A model generated the notes under the pieces. That model was not told where the DNA came from, did not search any database, and was given only the letters and a program-made list of their open reading frames with translations. Shown here piece by piece: positions 38,633 to 48,620 of a stretch of DNA of 64,000 nt; the first letter of the stretch is position 1, and every line of letters starts with the position of its first letter. The position numbers and the translations under genes were made by a program. The DNA is from an uncultured Actinomycetes bacterium (lineage in GTDB: Bacteria; Actinomycetota; UBA4738; HRBIN12): the NCBI GenBank assembly GCA_963776425.1, contig CAVZMG010000002.1, positions 729,820-793,819 on the forward strand, given 5' to 3'.

Positions 38633-41600
38633 CCGAGTGCGATGAGGCGCTCGCGCGCCTGACGCGCGCTCGCGAGGTTCTCCTTGCGGTCATACGCATC
38701 GATCGCTCGTTGGAACGCATCCTTCGCATCCGATGTGCGTCCGGCCGCGAGGAGCACCTCGGCGAGGTGAACGAGGGCATCGGCCTGGAGGTCGAGGAAC
38801 CCCGTGGGGCGGATCAGCTCGATGGCCTCGCGTGCGAGCGTCTCGGCTTCCTCGGGCTCGCCGCGGCTCGCGAGCACACGCGCCTTCACGCAGCGCCAGC
38901 CCACCTGTTGCTCGAGGTCGTACACGTTCGCGCCCTTCGCGATCTCCTCGGCGAGCGCCTCCGCCTCGTCGAACCGACCGAGCCTGCACGAGAGGTGGGA
39001 CAGATCCGTGGCGGCCGAGACCGCGTTCACGGTGTCGTGCTGGCCCCGGAAGAAGAGGTAGCCGGCCCGTATCCCGCGCTCCGCCTCGTCCAACTTCCCC
39101 TCGGCCAGCGCGACCAACCCCTCTACCCCCGAGACGGCGGCCAGCCAGCGGCGCTGTCCGAGGTCCTCGAAGACGCCGCGTGAGAACGCCACGTGACCCC
39201 GGGCCGCGTCGAAGCGTTCTCGCATCGCGAGGATGATCGCCATCTCGAGCCGGCAGGTGGCTTGGGCCATCCGCTCGCCATCGAGCTCGTCGATCAGCGC
39301 TCGGAGTCGCTCCTCGGCGCTCGAGCACGGGGTGGCGCCGAGCACCAGGGCTTGGCCGACGTAGCTCGCCGCGAGAGGAACGGTGCGCCAATCCTCCACG
39401 TCTCGGGCGAGGAACAGCGCCCGCTCCGAGGTCTGGAGCATCTCGTCCGCCGACCCGGTGAGCCAGTCGCATGTGGCCAGGACGGTCAACGCACCCGCCA
39501 GCCGTCTCCCGTCGCCGAGCAGCTCGAAGGTGGACGTGGCGTCCAACGCCTGCGCGCGGAAGACCTCGAGCCTCGTTCCGCGTGGGTCGATCAGCAGGTT
39601 GAGCTCCGCTCTGCGAAGCTCGGCCCACGTCTCGAGCGGGCGATCCCCGGATGCCCGCGCGATCGGCAGCAGCTCGTCGAGCCTCGCGATGCACTGTTCG
39701 ATATCGCCAGCGAAGTAGAAGCTCTCCGTCAGGTCCGCGAGCAGTTGGCCGCGCTCGAGCGAGTCCTTCGGGATCAAGGCCGCGGCTCTGCGGAGGAGGT
39801 TCGCGCTCGCGCGCATGTCGCCGCGCGCGAGCGCGCGGCGACCGGCGGACGCCAGATGGGAGCCCGCCCGCGAGCCGAGCGCGCGGGCGTGGTCGTCGGG
39901 CGGACCCAGCTCTCCGAGGTATCGTCGGGCCTGCTCGAGGTGGTACCCGATGAACTCCTCGTACTCCTCGAGGCGCCCACCCGCCCTGCCCTCGAGCCAT
40001 CCGGCGAACCGCTCGTGCAACTCGGCTCGCGTCTGCTTCGACAAGGACTCGTACGCGGCGTCGCGGATGAGGATGTGCCGGAACCGATGCAGACCGCCCC
40101 CGAGCTCGCCGGAGCGGAAGGGCTGGAGCAGCTCCTTGCGGGCGAGAGATGCGAGGTGCACTTCGACCTCCGCCTCGATCTGGGCTGGCAGGAGCGCCGC
40201 GAGTGCCGCGGACGAGAATTCGTTTCCGATCACCGCCGCCCGCGCGATCACCGAGTGTTCGTCGCGCGTCAATCGATCCAGTCTCGCGGCGAGAAGCGCG
40301 GAGATCGTCGGGGGGATCGCGACCTTCGTGAGATCGTCGGCGGGCACCCACCGATCTCCCTCCTGCTCCAGCAGCCCGTCGTCGATCAGCATCGAGAGGA
40401 TCTCCTCGACGAACAACGGGTTGCCGCCGGCCACCTCGACGATGTGCTCACGCTCGCGTGGCGCCAGCTCGGCGCTCCCGAGGAGGTTCCGCACCAGGGC
40501 GTCGCCGTCTTCGCTGCGCAGCGGTTCGAGCAGGAGCGACGTGGCGTTCAGCTTGCCCCCGCCCCAAGACCGGTTCGTCTCCAAGAAGTCCGGACGGGCC
40601 AAACACAGGAGCATCATCGGCACATCCCTGGACCACTCAGCGATGTGCTCGATGACCTCGAGGAACGTCGGCTCGCCCCACTGGATGTCGTCGAACACCA
40701 GCACGAGCGGGCGTCGACGGGCGAGCGCCTCGAAGAACGTGCGGATCGCCCAGAAGGTCTCCTCGGGCGCGGCGGTGCCGGTCCCACCGATCCCGATGGC
40801 CTGCGAGATGCGCTGCGCGACCAGGGGCGCGTCCTCGGTCGTGAGGAGGCCGGCGATCTTCGCGCGAGCCTGCTCCACCGTGTCCTCATCCGCGAGACCG
40901 GCGGCCTGCGTTGCCACCTCGGTGATCGGCCAGAACGTGATCCCTTCCCCGTAGGCGAGACAACGCCCGAGGTACGAGGTGGCACGATCGTTCGCCCACG
41001 CGAGGAGTTCGTCGACGAGCCGAGACTTCCCGACCCCGGCAGCACCGAGGATCGTGACCATCTGACATCGGCGGCCGTCGAGCATCCGTTCGAAGGCGTC
41101 TCGCAGCAGCGCCGTCTCGCGCTCGCGATCGACGAACGGCGAGTCCTGCCGCCGCGTGTGCCCCGCGGCCCCGGGGATGACGGAGAGCAGGCGGAAGGCG
41201 CGGACGTTCCCCAATCCCTTCAGCTCGACGAGCTCGACCGGCTCCACCGTGACCGCATCGCGGACCAGGCGGTGCGTGTCGTTCCCGAGCAGGATGGTGC
41301 CCGGCTGGGCGGCGCCCTCCAGGCGGGAGGCGAGGATCACCGGTTCTCCTGAAACGAACGACTGATCACCGATCGGGTCGCCCGCGACGACCTCGCCGGA
41401 GTTGACGCCGATCCGGTTGCGGAGCCGGACGCCCCAATCCCGCTCCAGCTCCGCGTTCAACACGTCGAGCGCATCCTGCATCTCCATGGCCGCGCGCACG
41501 GCTCGAAGGGCGTCGTCTTCGTGCAGGGTCGGAACGCCGAAGACCGCCATCACGGCATCCCCGATGAACTTCTCGACCGTGCCGCCGTGCCGCTCGATGA

Positions 41601-41817
41601 CGGTCCGGGACTCTTCGAAGTAGCGCGTCACGACCTTGCGGAACGACTCGGCGTCGAGCCTCGACGCGAGCGGCGTGGAATCCTCCAGGTCGCAGAAGAC
41701 GATGGTGACGAGCCGCCGCGATTCCTCGGTGGGTGACGCACGGAGCGACGATCCGCACGTGGAACAGAACCTGGCGTGGTCCGGGTTCTGGGTCAAGCAG
41801 GCGGCACAGGTCTGCAT
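38629..41817 (-). CDS. Zn-ribbon + class III adenylate cyclase + STAND/AAA ATPase + TPR-like protein
   Basis: CAAC...CSTC; IVFCDLEDST, VEKFIGDAVMAVFG, IGVNSGE; GAAGVGKS, VFDDIQW, GGNPLF, FRHILIRDAAY. Confidence 0.93.
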   Translation of the reverse strand: MQTCAACLTQNPDHARFCSTCGSSLRASPTEESRRLVTIVFCDLEDSTPLASRLDAESFRKVVTRYFEESRTVIERHGGTVEKFIGDAVMAVFGVPTLHEDDALRAVRAAMEMQDALDVLNAELERDWGVRLRNRIGVNSGEVVAGDPIGDQSFVSGEPVILASRLEGAAQPGTILLGNDTHRLVRDAVTVEPVELVELKGLGNVRAFRLLSVIPGAAGHTRRQDSPFVDRERETALLRDAFERMLDGRRCQMVTILGAAGVGKSRLVDELLAWANDRATSYLGRCLAYGEGITFWPITEVATQAAGLADEDTVEQARAKIAGLLTTEDAPLVAQRISQAIGIGGTGTAAPEETFWAIRTFFEALARRRPLVLVFDDIQWGEPTFLEVIEHIAEWSRDVPMMLLCLARPDFLETNRSWGGGKLNATSLLLEPLRSEDGDALVRNLLGSAELAPREREHIVEVAGGNPLFVEEILSMLIDDGLLEQEGDRWVPADDLTKVAIPPTISALLAARLDRLTRDEHSVIARAAVIGNEFSSAALAALLPAQIEAEVEVHLASLARKELLQPFRSGELGGGLHRFRHILIRDAAYESLSKQTRAELHERFAGWLEGRAGGRLEEYEEFIGYHLEQARRYLGELGPPDDHARALGSRAGSHLASAGRRALARGDMRASANLLRRAAALIPKDSLERGQLLADLTESFYFAGDIEQCIARLDELLPIARASGDRPLETWAELRRAELNLLIDPRGTRLEVFRAQALDATSTFELLGDGRRLAGALTVLATCDWLTGSADEMLQTSERALFLARDVEDWRTVPLAASYVGQALVLGATPCSSAEERLRALIDELDGERMAQATCRLEMAIILAMRERFDAARGHVAFSRGVFEDLGQRRWLAAVSGVEGLVALAEGKLDEAERGIRAGYLFFRGQHDTVNAVSAATDLSHLSCRLGRFDEAEALAEEIAKGANVYDLEQQVGWRCVKARVLASRGEPEEAETLAREAIELIRPTGFLDLQADALVHLAEVLLAAGRTSDAKDAFQRAIDAYDRKENLASARQARERLIALG

Positions 41818-41839
41818 ATCCCGAAGCCTAGACGGGTGA

Positions 41840-42385
41840 TCAGCCGAGCGCGGCGTCGATCCCCCGGTTGAGCGCGGCCTGTGAGAGCTGGCCGTCCCAG
41901 GTGGAGACGACCTGTCCGCCCGCGTCATAGAAGACGGTGACAGGCTGTCCGATCATCCCGAGCGAATCTCGGATCGCGCCCGACGGATCGAACACGCTCG
42001 GGTACGTCACGCGTTGCTCGGCCAGGAACGAACGTGCCCCGCCGAGCGAGTCCAGGATGTCGACGCCGAGGAACTGCAACCGGTCCCCATAGGTGGAGTG
42101 CGCCGACCGGAGGAGCGGTGACTCCGCCTTGCACGGTCCGCACCACGATGCCCAGACGTTGACGACGACCGGCGTACCGCGGAGCTGGGTCAGCAGCCGC
42201 TGATAGGTGTCCACATCGAACAGCGGCAGGGCCGCGACCGACGTCGGCAGCAGCGCGGCCGTCGTCGCGTTGCTCGCGGGCGCGCCATCGAGATCCGCCG
42301 GGGTCGCGTCGGAGGAGGCTCCATGCGCGCAGCTCATCAGGACCAACGAGATCGCGAAGAGGAAGGAACGGCGGGTCGCCATCAT
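41840..42385 (-). CDS. TlpA-family thiol-disulfide oxidoreductase lipoprotein
   Basis: LMSC lipobox; VNVWASWCGPCKAE, GQP. Confidence 0.9.
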   Translation of the reverse strand: MMATRRSFLFAISLVLMSCAHGASSDATPADLDGAPASNATTAALLPTSVAALPLFDVDTYQRLLTQLRGTPVVVNVWASWCGPCKAESPLLRSAHSTYGDRLQFLGVDILDSLGGARSFLAEQRVTYPSVFDPSGAIRDSLGMIGQPVTVFYDAGGQVVSTWDGQLSQAALNRGIDAALG

Positions 42386-42408
42386 CCGCATGATAGAACC
42401 GGACTTCC

Positions 42409-44622
42409 ATGACGGTTCCCCACGATGTGGCGTTGACGCTCGACACCCCGATCTTCGAGATCGATCAGCGCATCGCGTCCCGCCGCACACGGGCCAAGGG
42501 CGCCGAAGCGCATGTCGTGCTCGAGAACGCGTTCGGGATCACCACGGTGGACGACCTCCTCCATCACTACCCACGCCGCTACATCGACCGCTCCCGCGTC
42601 GAGACGATCGCCGGGATGCGGGCCGGTCAGTACGCGACCGTGATCGCGTCGGTCAGGAAGGTGGCGAAACGGCAGACGCGCCGCCATCAAACGATGGTGA
42701 CGGTGACCCTCTACGACCGGACGGGCGTGCTGGATCTCACGTTCTTCAATCAGCCTTGGCTCGCGAGCCTCTACAAGGAGGGGCAGGAGCTCGCTGTCTC
42801 CGGCGTGGCCACGATGTATCGGGGACGGCTCCAACTGGCGAACCAAGAGGTCGAGTTGCTCCGGGGGGACGACAAGGATCTGATCCATACGGGCAGGATC
42901 ACGCCCGTGCACCCGGCGTCGGATGGGATCTCGACGCGGACGATCCGCGAGCTCGTCCATGCCGCGCTCGACCGGCTCCCACCGCTCACCGATCCTCTTC
43001 CGAGCGAACTGGTGGGAGCGGAATCGCTCGGCTCGTTCGACCGGGCGATCCGATGGATCCATTTCCCGGCGGACCCCGGAGAGCTCGAGCGGGCTCGAGA
43101 GCGATTGAAGTTCGACGAGCTCTTCACCCTCGAGCTCGGCGTCGCCTTCCGCAAACACCGGGTGGGAACCGAGCGAACCGGGGTCGCACACCAGCTGGAC
43201 GGACCGCTCGCGCAGCGGCTGATGTCCACGCTTCCGTTCGAACCGACGGACGCGCAGCGGGCGGCGATCGTCGCGATCGACGAGGCGATGGCGCGCCCGC
43301 GGCCGATGAACGTTCTCCTCCAGGGCGACGTCGGCGCGGGCAAGACGCTCGTCGCCCTGCATGCGGCGCTCGTCGCGATCGGGTCGGGGCACCAGGCCGC
43401 GATCATGGCCCCGACCGAAGTGCTCGCCGGGCAGCACGCTCGCTCGGTCGCCGCGTTGCTCGACGGGGTCGGTGGGGTGCCCTTCCTGGCGCTCGCCGCG
43501 GGTCAGGATGACGGCCAGGCGTCGCTCCTCGATCCGGTTCCGGACGAAGACGTGCAGGCGCGGGTCACCTACGCCCTCCTCTCGGGTGCCGTGACGGGCC
43601 GCGACCGGCAGCGGATCCTCACGGGGATCGCCGACGGAGGGGTGGACCTCGTGATCGGGACGCACGCCTTGGTGCAGGAGGCTGTGACCTTCCGCGACCT
43701 GTCGTTCGCCGTGATCGACGAGCAACACCGGTTCGGTTTGCATCAGCGGATGGCGCTCAAAGGCAAGGGCGGCGACCCAGACGTGCTGATCATGACCGCG
43801 ACACCGATCCCTCGGACGCTCGCGCTCACGTACTACGGGGATCTCGATGTCGTCGTCCTGGACGAGCTCCCAGCAGGCAGGCAGACGATCGCCACGCGCG
43901 CGGCCCGAACGTCCGAGGAGCGAGAGGGCGCGTATGACCTGGTCCGGGATGAGGTGGCCGCGGGCCGGCAGGCGTTCGTCGTGTGTGCGGCGATCGACGA
44001 AGGGAACCGCACGCAGGTGAAGGCCGCCGAGGTCGAGTCCGAACGGCTGGCGACCGAAGTCTTCCCCGACCTCCAGGTGGATCTTCTCCATGGCCGCATG
44101 CGCCCGAAGGACAAAGAGGCGGTCATGGATCGGTTCCGCTCAGGCGACGTGGACGTCCTCATCTCGACCACCGTGATCGAGGTCGGGGTCGACATCCCGA
44201 ACGCGACCGTGATGCTCGTGGAGAACGCCGAGCGCTTCGGACTGGCGCAGCTCCATCAGCTCCGAGGCCGGATCGGCCGTGGCATGCATGCAGGTACCTG
44301 CATCCTGTTCGACGCGTCCGATGCGGACAACCTCGAAGCGCGAGCGCGGATCGAGGCGATGGTCCGCACGACCGACGGGTTCGAGCTGGCCGATGAGGAC
44401 CTCCGCCTGCGAGGCGAGGGCACGCTCTTCGATACCCGGCAGTCGGGGATGCCGGACCTCAAGCTGGCAAGGCTCGCCGATGATCTCGACCTCGTTCGGC
44501 GGGCGCGGTCCCGCGCGTTCGCGTTGATCGACGACGATCCCGAGCTCATCGGCCATCCGGGGCTGCTGGCCGAGCTGCGTGCCCGGTTCGACGCCTCGAT
44601 CGACTGGCTCTTCAGCTCCTGA
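42409..44622 (+). CDS. recG: ATP-dependent DNA helicase RecG
   Basis: LLQGDVGAGKT, MAPTEVLA, DEQHRFG, MTATPIPRT, QLHQLRGRIGRG. Confidence 0.97.
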   Translation: MTVPHDVALTLDTPIFEIDQRIASRRTRAKGAEAHVVLENAFGITTVDDLLHHYPRRYIDRSRVETIAGMRAGQYATVIASVRKVAKRQTRRHQTMVTVTLYDRTGVLDLTFFNQPWLASLYKEGQELAVSGVATMYRGRLQLANQEVELLRGDDKDLIHTGRITPVHPASDGISTRTIRELVHAALDRLPPLTDPLPSELVGAESLGSFDRAIRWIHFPADPGELERARERLKFDELFTLELGVAFRKHRVGTERTGVAHQLDGPLAQRLMSTLPFEPTDAQRAAIVAIDEAMARPRPMNVLLQGDVGAGKTLVALHAALVAIGSGHQAAIMAPTEVLAGQHARSVAALLDGVGGVPFLALAAGQDDGQASLLDPVPDEDVQARVTYALLSGAVTGRDRQRILTGIADGGVDLVIGTHALVQEAVTFRDLSFAVIDEQHRFGLHQRMALKGKGGDPDVLIMTATPIPRTLALTYYGDLDVVVLDELPAGRQTIATRAARTSEEREGAYDLVRDEVAAGRQAFVVCAAIDEGNRTQVKAAEVESERLATEVFPDLQVDLLHGRMRPKDKEAVMDRFRSGDVDVLISTTVIEVGVDIPNATVMLVENAERFGLAQLHQLRGRIGRGMHAGTCILFDASDADNLEARARIEAMVRTTDGFELADEDLRLRGEGTLFDTRQSGMPDLKLARLADDLDLVRRARSRAFALIDDDPELIGHPGLLAELRARFDASIDWLFSS

Positions 44623-44653
44623 CCCGGTCGCCCGCGCCGGTAGGCTCACCCGG

Positions 44654-45214
44654 ATGCGGGTGATCGCGGGCAGCGCGAAGGGGATGAAGCTGGGACCGGT
44701 CCCCGTCGGCGTCCGGCCGGTTTCGGATCGCGCACGCGAAGGTCTGTTCTCCAGCCTGACCCCCGAGGTTCCGGGCGCCCGCGTGCTCGACCTGTATGCG
44801 GGCACCGGGGCGATGGGGATCGAGGCACTCTCTCGGGGGGCCGCGGAGGCGGAGTTCGTGGAACGGGGCGCCGAGGCCGCCGCCATGATCCACGCGAACC
44901 TCGATCGGACACGCCTATCCGACCGAGCCACGGTGCACCTGTCGGACGTCCAACGGTTCCTCGCCGGCCCCCGGCCCGAACGGTCGTTCGACCTGGTGTT
45001 GGCCGACCCGCCGTACGAGCTCGGGTCCCCTGACCTGGACAGCATGCTCCAAGATCTGTCCGCGGGATGGCTCGCGGGAGACGGCTGGACGGTGGTCCTC
45101 ACCAGGGGGGTCAAGAGTTCCACGCCTGTCATTCCGGTACACTGGGCCGTCGCGAGGCAGCTCCGCTACGGCGACAGCCTCGTCACCTTGTACCGGGAGG
45201 TTCGATGGGCTTGA
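44654..45214 (+). CDS. rsmD: 16S rRNA m2G966 methyltransferase
   Basis: MRVIAG, REGLF, LDLYAGTGAMGIEALSRG, DPPY. Confidence 0.95.
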   Translation: MRVIAGSAKGMKLGPVPVGVRPVSDRAREGLFSSLTPEVPGARVLDLYAGTGAMGIEALSRGAAEAEFVERGAEAAAMIHANLDRTRLSDRATVHLSDVQRFLAGPRPERSFDLVLADPPYELGSPDLDSMLQDLSAGWLAGDGWTVVLTRGVKSSTPVIPVHWAVARQLRYGDSLVTLYREVRWA

Positions 45215-45690
45215 GCGCCCTGTGTCCGGGGACCTTCGACCCGGTGACGAACGGCCATCTCGACATCATCGGTCGCACCGGCGCGACCTACGAAGCGGTG
45301 GTGGTCGGCGTGCTCGAGAACCCGTCCAAGCAGCCGGTCTTCGGCGTCGAGGAGCGGGTCGCGATGCTCGAAGAGGCCTGTACGGGCATGACGAACGTGT
45401 CGGTCCGGCCGTTCTCGGGCCTGCTGGTCGGATTCGCCAAGGAGCAGGGTGCGACGGTGATCGTGAAAGGGCTTCGGGCCGTGTCCGACTACGAGTACGA
45501 GATCCAGATGGCACAGATGAACCTGAGACTGGGAGCCGTGGAGACGGTCTTCATGCCCACGAACCCCAAGTGGTCGTTCCTGTCCTCCTCGTTGGTGAAG
45601 GAGGTCGCACGCTTCGGTGGGGACGTCGAGGGTCTGGTGCCGGATCACGTACGGAAGCGTCTGATGGATCGGATGGGGGTCGGGGGCTGA
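45205..45690 (+). CDS. coaD: Phosphopantetheine adenylyltransferase
   Basis: PGTFDPVTNGH, KGLRAVSDYEYE, SSSLVKE. Confidence 0.96.
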   Translation: MGLSALCPGTFDPVTNGHLDIIGRTGATYEAVVVGVLENPSKQPVFGVEERVAMLEEACTGMTNVSVRPFSGLLVGFAKEQGATVIVKGLRAVSDYEYEIQMAQMNLRLGAVETVFMPTNPKWSFLSSSLVKEVARFGGDVEGLVPDHVRKRLMDRMGVGG

Positions 45691-46250
45691 TGGACCTCGC
45701 CGGACGCCTACAGCAGCTCGAGGAGATCGTGCGCGACGCCAAGTCGATGCCCCTGTCGTCCTCCGCGTTGCTCAACCGTGACGAGGTCCTCGAGATGATC
45801 CAGGAGATGCAGGAGTCGCTGCCCGAGGAGATCAAGCAGGCCCGCTGGATCGTGAAGGATCGCGAGGAACTGCTTGGGAAGGCACGCCACGAGGCCGAGC
45901 GCATCGTGGATCAGGCTCGTGAGGACCAACTGCGGATGGCGCGCAAGGAAGAGGTCGTCCAGCGCGCCACCGAGGAGGCGGACCGCATCGTGGCCGAGGC
46001 CGAGCAACAAGCGGTCGACGCGCGCGCCGAGGCCGAGACGTACGTCGATGCGAAGCTGGCGCAGTTCGAGATCGCACTCCGCCGGGTCATGGAGGGCTCC
46101 CAGAGCGCGAACCGCGCCCTCGCCAAGACGCTCGATCAGGTCGAGGTGGGGAGGGAACGGCTCCGGGCGCCGACATCGGCCGCCGAGCAGGAGTTCGGCA
46201 CCACCCCTGACCCGGAAACCCAGCTCTTCGACGCGGACGGTGACCGATGA
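45690..46250 (+). CDS. Conserved coiled-coil protein between coaD and yceD
   Basis: AKSMPLSSS, LPEEIKQARWI, YVDAKLAQFE; conserved synteny. Confidence 0.85.
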   Translation: MDLAGRLQQLEEIVRDAKSMPLSSSALLNRDEVLEMIQEMQESLPEEIKQARWIVKDREELLGKARHEAERIVDQAREDQLRMARKEEVVQRATEEADRIVAEAEQQAVDARAEAETYVDAKLAQFEIALRRVMEGSQSANRALAKTLDQVEVGRERLRAPTSAAEQEFGTTPDPETQLFDADGDR

Positions 46251-46771
46251 CGATCGCCCCGGTCGACGTCCGCGATCTGATCGGCCACCCAGGGCTCTCT
46301 CGGACCGCGCACCTTCGCGGTTCGATCGAGGGGCTCGGATCCGAGGTCGCGACGCTCAAGACCGATGAGCCCGTCGAAGGTGACGTGCTGCTCGAATCCG
46401 TCGTCGAAGGCATCCTGGCCAGCGGGACGCTCACGAGCACGCTCGCGCTCCGCTGTGCCCGGTGTCTCAAGGAATTCGAACGCCCGATCGCGGTGGACGT
46501 GCACGAGCTCTTCGCGTTCGCGCCCGACCCGGATGATGACGATGTGTACGCGATCGATGCCGAGGGCTGGCTCGACCCCGAACAGATGGCGAGGGATGCG
46601 CTCGGGCTCGAACTGCCGTTCTCGCCGTTGCACGGTCCGGACTGCCTCGGGCTGTGTCCCGTGTGCGGCGGCGACCGCAACCTCGGCGAGTGTCCAGGCG
46701 ATCATCCCCAGGTCGATCCCCGATGGGCCGATCTGGAGCTCGTGTTGCAAGATCTCGAAGACCGGAATTAG
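46247..46771 (+). CDS. yceD: YceD/DUF177 family protein
   Basis: [19 protein letters not shown]. Confidence 0.92.
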   Translation: MTIAPVDVRDLIGHPGLSRTAHLRGSIEGLGSEVATLKTDEPVEGDVLLESVVEGILASGTLTSTLALRCARCLKEFERPIAVDVHELFAFAPDPDDDDVYAIDAEGWLDPEQMARDALGLELPFSPLHGPDCLGLCPVCGGDRNLGECPGDHPQVDPRWADLELVLQDLEDRN

Positions 46772-46781
46772 GAAGGACGTC

Positions 46782-46958
46782 ATGGCCGTTCCCAAGAAGA
46801 AGCAGAGCAAGACGCGGAGCGCGAAGCGGGCCGCGAACTGGAAGTCGCAGGCTCCTCCGTACGCCGAATGCCCGCAGTGCCATCAACCGAAGCTCCCGCA
46901 CCGCGTGTGCGGGAACTGCGGCTACTACGCCGGTCGGCCCGCCGTCGAGGTCGAGTGA
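46782..46958 (+). CDS. rpmF: 50S ribosomal protein L32
   Basis: MAVPKKK...CPQC...[10 protein letters not shown]. Confidence 0.96.
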   Translation: MAVPKKKQSKTRSAKRAANWKSQAPPYAECPQCHQPKLPHRVCGNCGYYAGRPAVEVE

Positions 46959-46962
46959 GCGC

Positions 46963-47682
46963 GTGAGCTCCGCTCCGGTCGAGGTGCCGCTCGAGTCGCT
47001 CGACCGGGCCCTCGGCGTGTCGTTCCATGACGCAGCGATCCGCGTAACCGCGCTCACGCATCGTTCGTACGCGTTCGAACACGGAACGGAGACCACCAAC
47101 GAGCGACTGGAGTTCCTGGGTGACTCGGTGCTGGGTCTCGTGGTCACCGATATGGCGTACGCGAGCTACCCGGCCCTGCCGGAGGGATCGCTCGCCAAGC
47201 TCCGTGCCGCCATCGTCAACATGACCGCCCTCGCCGACGTTGCCCGCGAGCTCGGGCTGGGCGGACTGGTCCTCCTCGGCCGCGGTGAGGAACTCTCGGG
47301 GGGGCGCGACAAATCGAGCATCCTCGCTGACGCCCTCGAGGCCGTCTTCGGTGCCGTCTACCTCGACCGCGGCCTGGACGTCGTCCGCGAGCTGATCGAG
47401 CGGTTGTTCCGGCCCCGGATGGAGGCGTACGTCCGCGGCGAGGGCGACCGGGACTACAAGACGATCCTGCAGGAGCTCGCATCGCAGGAGCTCCGCGTGA
47501 TGCCGGAATACCGGTTGGAGGAACGGGGTCCCGACCACGAGAAGGAGTTCACCGCGACGGTCTTCCTGGCGGGCGAGGCCCACGGAAGCGGAACCGGGCG
47601 TTCGAAGAAGGAGGCCGAGCAGCAGGCCGCGCATGAGGCGTACACGCACCTGGCTGAACGGCACGCGGGGCGGAACGCGTAA
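46963..47682 (+). CDS. rnc: Ribonuclease III
   Basis: [24 protein letters not shown], ds[12 protein letters not shown]. Confidence 0.96.
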   Translation: MSSAPVEVPLESLDRALGVSFHDAAIRVTALTHRSYAFEHGTETTNERLEFLGDSVLGLVVTDMAYASYPALPEGSLAKLRAAIVNMTALADVARELGLGGLVLLGRGEELSGGRDKSSILADALEAVFGAVYLDRGLDVVRELIERLFRPRMEAYVRGEGDRDYKTILQELASQELRVMPEYRLEERGPDHEKEFTATVFLAGEAHGSGTGRSKKEAEQQAAHEAYTHLAERHAGRNA

Positions 47683-47693
47683 GAGGGGGATGA

Positions 47694-48536
47694 GTGGAGC
47701 TACCTGAGGTCGAGGTGATGCGCCGCGACATGGAGAAGGACGTCGTGGGCCGGCGGATCAAAGAGGTGGAGGTCAAGCCGTCGAAGAACGCCATGCGGAT
47801 CATCCGCCGGCACGCCAAACGCAAGGACTTCACGTCGCGCCTCGAGGGTCGGAAGATCGGCAAGGTCGAACGGCGCGGCAAGTACCTGATGATGCCGCTC
47901 GACTCGGGCGACGTGTTGGTCACCCACTTCGGGATGAGCGGGCAGTTCCAGCGCGGGAACGGTCGCGTCAGCCTCCCGCCGCATACCCACGTCGTGCTGA
48001 CGTTCCAGCAGGGTGGTGACCTCAGATACGTCGACCCGAGGACGTTCGGTGAGATGTTCGTTTCGACCGCCGACGAGGTGGGCAAGATCAAGGAGCTGCA
48101 ACATCTCGCGATCGATCCGCTCGATCAGGTCTTCACGTGGCCGACGTTCCAATACCTGCTGGCCGAGCGCGCCGCGAAGATGAAACAGCTGCTGATGGAC
48201 CAGAAATTCATCGCGGGGCTCGGCAACATCTACTCGGACGAGGTGCTGTTCGCGGCGGGGATCCGCTTCGACCGGATGTCGAACACGCTGTCGTCGCAGG
48301 AGGTCCGGCGCCTGTACCGAGCGATCCAGGAAACCTTGCAGGATGCGATCAAGGCTCGCGGGACGACGCTCGAGGACGAGGCGTACGTCGACCTGTTCGG
48401 CGAGCCGGGCTCCTACCAGTCGGAGCTCAAGGTGTACGGTCGAGACGGGATGCCCTGCAGACGGTGTCGAACGCCGATCCAGACCGTGAAGGTCTCGGGT
48501 CGAACCGCCTATTTCTGCCCGCAGTGCCAGTCGTAG
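47694..48536 (+). CDS. mutM: Fpg/MutM DNA glycosylase (N-terminal Pro absent)
   Basis: MELPEVE, RRGKYL, HFGMSG, DPRTFG, GLGNIYSDE, C-terminal CRRC...CPQCQ Zn finger. Confidence 0.92.
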   Translation: MELPEVEVMRRDMEKDVVGRRIKEVEVKPSKNAMRIIRRHAKRKDFTSRLEGRKIGKVERRGKYLMMPLDSGDVLVTHFGMSGQFQRGNGRVSLPPHTHVVLTFQQGGDLRYVDPRTFGEMFVSTADEVGKIKELQHLAIDPLDQVFTWPTFQYLLAERAAKMKQLLMDQKFIAGLGNIYSDEVLFAAGIRFDRMSNTLSSQEVRRLYRAIQETLQDAIKARGTTLEDEAYVDLFGEPGSYQSELKVYGRDGMPCRRCRTPIQTVKVSGRTAYFCPQCQS

Positions 48537-48620
48537 GCCGCGGGTGAGCGGCTGCCTTTCGCCGGAAACTCGCGCGAGCCTCCCCGGTTCGGTCGGGGAC
48601 CGCTGTTAGCATCGCGCCGC

